Below, piece by piece: positions 47,342 through 52,807 of a DNA stretch of 52,807 nt. Both the position numbers and the translations under genes were made by a program. The stretch's first letter is position 1. Each line of letters starts with the position of its first letter. Source of the DNA: Priapulus caudatus (lineage: Eukaryota). The stretch lies in assembly GCF_000485595.1 (NCBI RefSeq), contig NW_014577075.1, forward strand, positions 767,559 through 820,365, read 5' to 3'. The notes under the pieces were generated by a model. That model had not been told where the DNA came from and did not search any database. It saw only the letters and a program-made list of their open reading frames with translations.

Positions 47342-50300
47342 GCGCGCAGACGAGCGTGCGCACGCCTTCAATCTTCCGTAACTAGCACGTTCGTCTGCAT
47401 CGCAAGCGGCGTTGCAGGCGGACGAAAAATCCACACTGGCCATCACTACGGCGATCCGGCACGCGCACTGCAATTACAGTCGAGCAGTCGTCGGCTGGCA
47501 AACTTTTCGGCACGGTGCGATCACTTGCCACTGTCATTCACCTCTCGATAAATAGTCAGTTGAGAGCCCTGCTCGTAGTCAACGCACCAGATAGAAGGCG
47601 CTACCACCCTCTCGCCTCCGAGCGAAAGCACTACTTAGTGCACTCAACTAACAAACACAAGCTTCTTAGCACGCGCGTGATCGGCGTTAGGACTCGGCAT
47701 CTACAGCACCACCAGCTACCCGAATAGAAAGCTAGGTGCTGAGGACATTATATGGTCATGCCTAGCAAAGCGCCGATGTCGGCAACAGGGTACAACAATT
47801 CGCGCGGCTAATTGTTTCAACTCTTTCGGCGCGTCGAAAACGACTCGCCTGCCCCGCTAAGGCGAATAAATCGCTTACAACGGCACATCGTGCGCCGTGT
47901 TCGTCTAACATGGACCTTAGAGCCGCGCGCAACCGCGTGAGTTATTTACTCAAGGAAAATGACGCCAATGAGTCATTTTACGCTCACGTGCGCGCGGATT
48001 TTTCGTTGAGTAATTGACAGCATGGCGTCATTTTACTCACGTGGTGTGACTGACGATATTTCGTTGAGTATATCTTGAGCTCTATGCGGCCATTTTAGCT
48101 TGAGTAGAATAACTCACGTGTGCGACGGGCTTTTAAGCAACAGGGATAGCCGCGAAAGAAATGGAAGCGGCATAATTAAGAAAACACTGGGCGGCTGCCA
48201 GCACGAGAGAAGCAAGTGCCCACTTTTTGATGGCATTGCACACCAGCGCGGCGCCACGTTCCCAGTGTAAGTAAACCAACAGCGTGAACTCTCACGCGCT
48301 TAAAAAAGCGGCTTGGAATTATGGTAAAAGCAGAGGAGGGCAGTTTTCGCCAAACTACATGATATCCGCCCGTGTTCTCCCCAAGACTGTGCAAGTATAA
48401 TCGAAGTTTGGTCGCGCTAGGTCAATTAGGAGGCTTGAAGTTAGAGCAGAAAGGAAAATATGATAAAGGTCAAAGGTTAAGGGTCAAATAAAGGTTGTGG
48501 ACCTGGTTTCGGTACCTAAACACGCTTGCCTCCCCAAGATTGTGTAAGTATACCAAAGTTTCGGTCGCGCTAGTCAATTAGGCCGAGTTATAGCAGTGGT
48601 AAGGAAATATGAATCAAGGTCTAGGTAAAGGTCAAATAAAAAGCCGCAGTGACCTTGTTTGGTAGCACGACACACCGTTCTCTCCAAGACTGTGTAAGTA
48701 TACCGAATTTTGGTCGCGCTAGTCAATTAGGTTGTAGGAGAGCGGCAGGCTCTCGCATTCCCAGCATCCCTGCACCCTCGGGCGAGGGTCGGGGATGGTA
48801 ATATTCCCAGGCATCATGCTCGCTCTACCCTCTTCTTCGCAAAGCGCAGTTTTAAAGGGCCTAGCCCCCAGCATCCGATTCCAACTCTCCTTCTACGAGC
48901 TTACCTTTCGCCAATCTACCTTCACCTGCACCCCCGAGCGCGCTCCGCGGAATCGCACTCTAAGGTACGACATATACTTGTATTCAATTACGCGTCACGC
49001 GCGCGCGAGTCTTACGACGGCGGAGACATCTGTATAGTATCATACGATTGTGTTTGACTAGAGGAAATAGACCACGAAAGAGTAGCTTTCAATAATAACT
49101 GGCTTTAATGTTATCTATCCGACGCAACAACCTGTCATGCTACCCTTAAGGCGACTACATCGCACATGCCAAACGCGTGAACCTGGTAACGGGAGTTGAA
49201 GGACTCGATTAATAGGGGCCGAGTTAGAGAGCTGGAAGGGAAATATGATCAAGGTCAAGGTAAAGGTCAAATAAAAGGTCGCAGTGACCTCGGTTTTGAT
49301 ACGCTCCTCACCTTCTCCGCAAGATGTGTAAGCTATAACGCAAAGTTGGTCACGCTAGGTCAATTAGCGGGTCGAGTTATAGAGCGGAAGGAAATTCTCT
49401 GCGGCGGACCGCAGCGGCGGCGGCTGGAGATATGAAACCGAAGTATCCGGCCACCGACTTTCGTCGCGGGGGATACAATAAAGCTACAACATGTGTTGTT
49501 ACCATAGTTCTTAATGTCTGTGTGCTCTCAATCGGCCGTGAATGAAGTTCCAATCGTGAAGATGGGCGGTTAAAGGTTTGTCTGTCCAAACAAACTGTAT
49601 GGTGTTGCCTGTTAGTTTTGTGTTGCATTTGATCACTGCTGTCATCTCAGTATGTAATTATTGTCATTCCTTACTCTTTGTTATTGCAAAATTTAAGCGT
49701 TTTCCGTAAACTCTGGCAACTCTCGTAGTAGACCTGTTAATGTTGATCAAGCATTAAACTTTGAATGCTGTGAGTAAAGGTCCCTTTGAGCTTGGAAGAC
49801 TGAGCTTTGAAGGTTATGAAGTTACATTCAACGTCAATATAAGAGGATGGCATCATAGATATAGACATAGATACTTAGAAAAACTGCTGCTGGCGCTACA
49901 AATAAGTCAATAACAGTGTCCAGCATATTGGAAAAAATTAAGCTAGTGAAAATCCGCCTGCACGAGTCTGTAATTAGTTCATAAAGATAATCGTTGAATA
50001 TATACAATCATAATGGATGTAAAATTGCATTTGCCAGCATATAGTCTAACCGGCGGCGTATGAAAGCCAGCGGTATACCGACTACGAAAAATTTGGTGAA
50101 TACGGCTGGCGCTACGTCGAATAAGCTTCTGGTAAGCTTTGTATAAGTTAAGAAGCACGCTGAAGCACGCTGACACGCTGGTACTAATACTCATAAGTAC
50201 GGAGCAGCGCATCGAAAATGCGAGTAAGCGTGCGGAAAAACCAGGCTTCACGTGCTTCTAACTTAATACAAAAGCATACCCATAAACTTATCGAACGTAC

Positions 50301-52807
50301 GCCAGCGTATTCACCACAATTTCCAAATACGTGCGTAACGCGGCATTCATACGAAGGTGTGACAGCGCCATAATGGAGAATTCTGAAATATTAATATCAC
50401 GCCTTGCAAATCGCAATGTACAAATGACACATATCAAATGTAGAATAGCTATCAACTGAATAAATCATAATCTAATTATATTATGTTTAAGAAAATATGC
50501 ATGCTGGTACACTTCTTATCGTTCAACAGAATAGGTATTACTGAAATGTGAAGTACAATGTTTTTCTGTAATAATATAGAGCTTGTGCACTTTGTTTCGT
50601 GAATAACGCTCTCATATGAGCGCACTTAAATAAGTCCACATACCTGAGATTCCTCCACGATCTATATTAATATTAATTTAATGTTACAGGGTGCAAGATG
50701 TTAAGTATGGATAGGCCTAAACAAAACAACGAACAGTTTGGTATTCCTTCACGCAACAACTGAAGTTTTGTGTATTGTAAAAACTAATATTGCAGTAATA
50801 CAGAAAAAATGAATTAATTTTTCAGTCCAACCAACTAAACATGTTCATCATTAATACAAATATCTCTGGCATAGTACCCATGATTATGCAAATGTTGAAG
50901 CCGAATGCTAGAGTAACTGGCACCTTGTGTAGTTAATAAGTAACTAACCTTATAGGCCAAACACTATTAGTTTGTTCCAATATCACTGCTGGTTAACATT
51001 ACAAAACAAGAAATTGAAATCGGTTGTTGATCAATGTATCAAACGTAATCAAAGTTTACGTGCCGTAAATGTCATCCAGGAGTTCAAGCAATGACGTAAA
51101 CATTTGTGGCGCACCATATTGTTTTGGACGCCAAGATGAATCGAGTGTCACAGGTGTAACCACGGACAACAGACTAAACATGGAAATGGAGTTAAAAACA
51201 CACGTATTAAATCACGGACCGCTGCCAACGTGGACAGCGCCTGACAAAAGTTCCTTATCAACGAGCGTCCCATGGTTTAAGCGAAACAAACTGACGATAG
51301 AGCATTGCGTACGGCCAAGCAGCCGTGCGAAATTTAACGGTGCACTATAATATCTTATCACACCCGCTTCGCCGGCAGCGTTTTGAACTGTAAACGAACT
51401 CAATTTTTGAATCTGCTGGGAATTTCAATTAAACATTTCTTAGTACGCAGCAGTGATATTGGAAAACATCATACGCTTTGGATGAAGTTAGTACTTTATT
51501 AACTACACAATGGTGCCAGTTACCCTAAGCATTCGTCAAACATTGCATAAATCAATGCCTAGTATTGGCCTTTAACAGACAAAATCATTGGCCTACGTTA
51601 AATTTGAAACAATTCAATGTAAATAAGGTTGACAACTTGGGCACTTCACCCAATGAATCAATAATTTTCGTTACCTACACACAAGATTGTTAATCAACTC
51701 TTATAATCATCTGTGAACATACATTAGATGAATCTTACTGGCTATCGATTCAACACATTGATGGAGTATTGGTTTGAAACAACACCACACACCATTATGA
51801 TGTATCCCAGCTTTAAACAATTTATTTATTTTAGTATGAATGTTTGCCCATCTGACCTAGACATGGCAAGATGTACTGGTATATTTGATCAAGTCTTATC
51901 ATGCCGTATGGCTCCTCCCAATTGTTTATCGGCAGCTCCTGATTGGCTTGTTAATCTCACAAACTGGTGCAACTCACGCGTGGTTTCCACAGAAACGCAC
52001 TATGCGCCTAAGCATGTCATGCTAGCTCTTCTTCTTCGGCTTTGTGGATATCGCTCAAAGACTATTGAGAATGTTGGCGAGGGTATCGACCACCATAGCG
52101 CTCTTTGATAATACCCTTCGCCTCGTCGGCTTTCTCTTAGATTCGGTTATTTCGTAAAGCACCAGAATGTTTAATAAGGCATGGAGAACATCGATATACT
52201 GACATCCTATAAGTAAGTTTTATCAAATGAAATTAAATTGGTAACATAATTAACAAAACCACAGATTAGGAACCATGGCATTGATATTTCTATTGCAACT
52301 ATCAATCAATCTATCTAAAATGTGCTTTGAAACAAAACTATGTAGGCAGAAGTATGCAGTAAAATCATTCCTGGCTATTGAGTTGGATTGGTTACTGAAA
52401 AGGTTGCAGCTATATGGAATTGATGGCCTATGTTGCTGAGTTAACCTATGGTTGGCACCTGGAACATCTATCCAGTTAACCTAATTTTAATGATGAAGTC
52501 AAATACAATGATGTAATATATCCAAAGAACAAGAAAAGGAGAACGCATAGAGATTATACATATATTTAGTTTTAAGTTATAAGTACTTTACTGGCGACAA
52601 TAGATGCATTTACCAGCACAACACACTAAGACGCTACTGATAGAAACTTACCAAATGCTGTTATAGGCAAATGTTTTCCAAATGCCTGTGATCTCAAGCC
52701 TGTGCAAAATATCCTGGGCATGAACTCATTCTTTCAAATGGCAGGAGAGCATCAAATGTCAGCTCAATTTATACATACTATTTCCCTGAAACATTCCAAC
52801 AATTATA
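47342..52807 (+). repeat. Indel-rich direct duplicate of 39150-44333
   Basis: Colinear throughout (MITEs, HINE-like element, CHCHD1 exons); 5466 vs 5184 bp. Confidence 0.9.
52020..52790 (-). pseudogene. CHCHD1: Indel-riddled second copy of the CHCHD1 3' exons (probably an assembly artefact)
   Basis: Colinear with 43588-44312 but with scattered 1-nt indels. Confidence 0.55.

Overview
This is eukaryotic (invertebrate bilaterian-type) genomic DNA with GT-AG introns, many microsatellites, MITE-like foldback elements and three N gaps; it is not prokaryotic. I spliced four genes by hand with consistent intron phases. (1) The 3' part of a cGMP-dependent protein kinase (PKG, foraging/PRKG1-like): + strand, 11 exons, 142-9678. 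(2) A complete Admp (anti-dorsalizing morphogenetic protein, BMP/TGF-beta family): + strand, 5 exons, 18417-24015, 384 aa. (3) A divergent SLC23/NAT (nucleobase-ascorbate) transporter: - strand, 10 exons, 37186-25648. (4) Two exons of CHCHD1 (mitoribosomal mS37, twin CX9C): - strand, 44312-43588, not represented in the ORF track. Non-coding DNA holds hAT-like MITEs with 8-bp TSDs, three 9-bp-TSD foldbacks carrying TTAGGG cores, a Helentron/DINE-like element and other palindromes. Two duplications (20.1-21.0 kb vs 26.2-27.1 kb; 39.1-44.3 kb vs 47.3-52.8 kb) look like long-read gap-filling artefacts. I found no clearly new multi-gene system. The best leads are the altered substrate-site residues of the SLC23, the TTAGGG-carrying MITEs, and the apparent absence of Pinhead next to Admp. 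All family assignments come from my recall of motifs, not from database searches.
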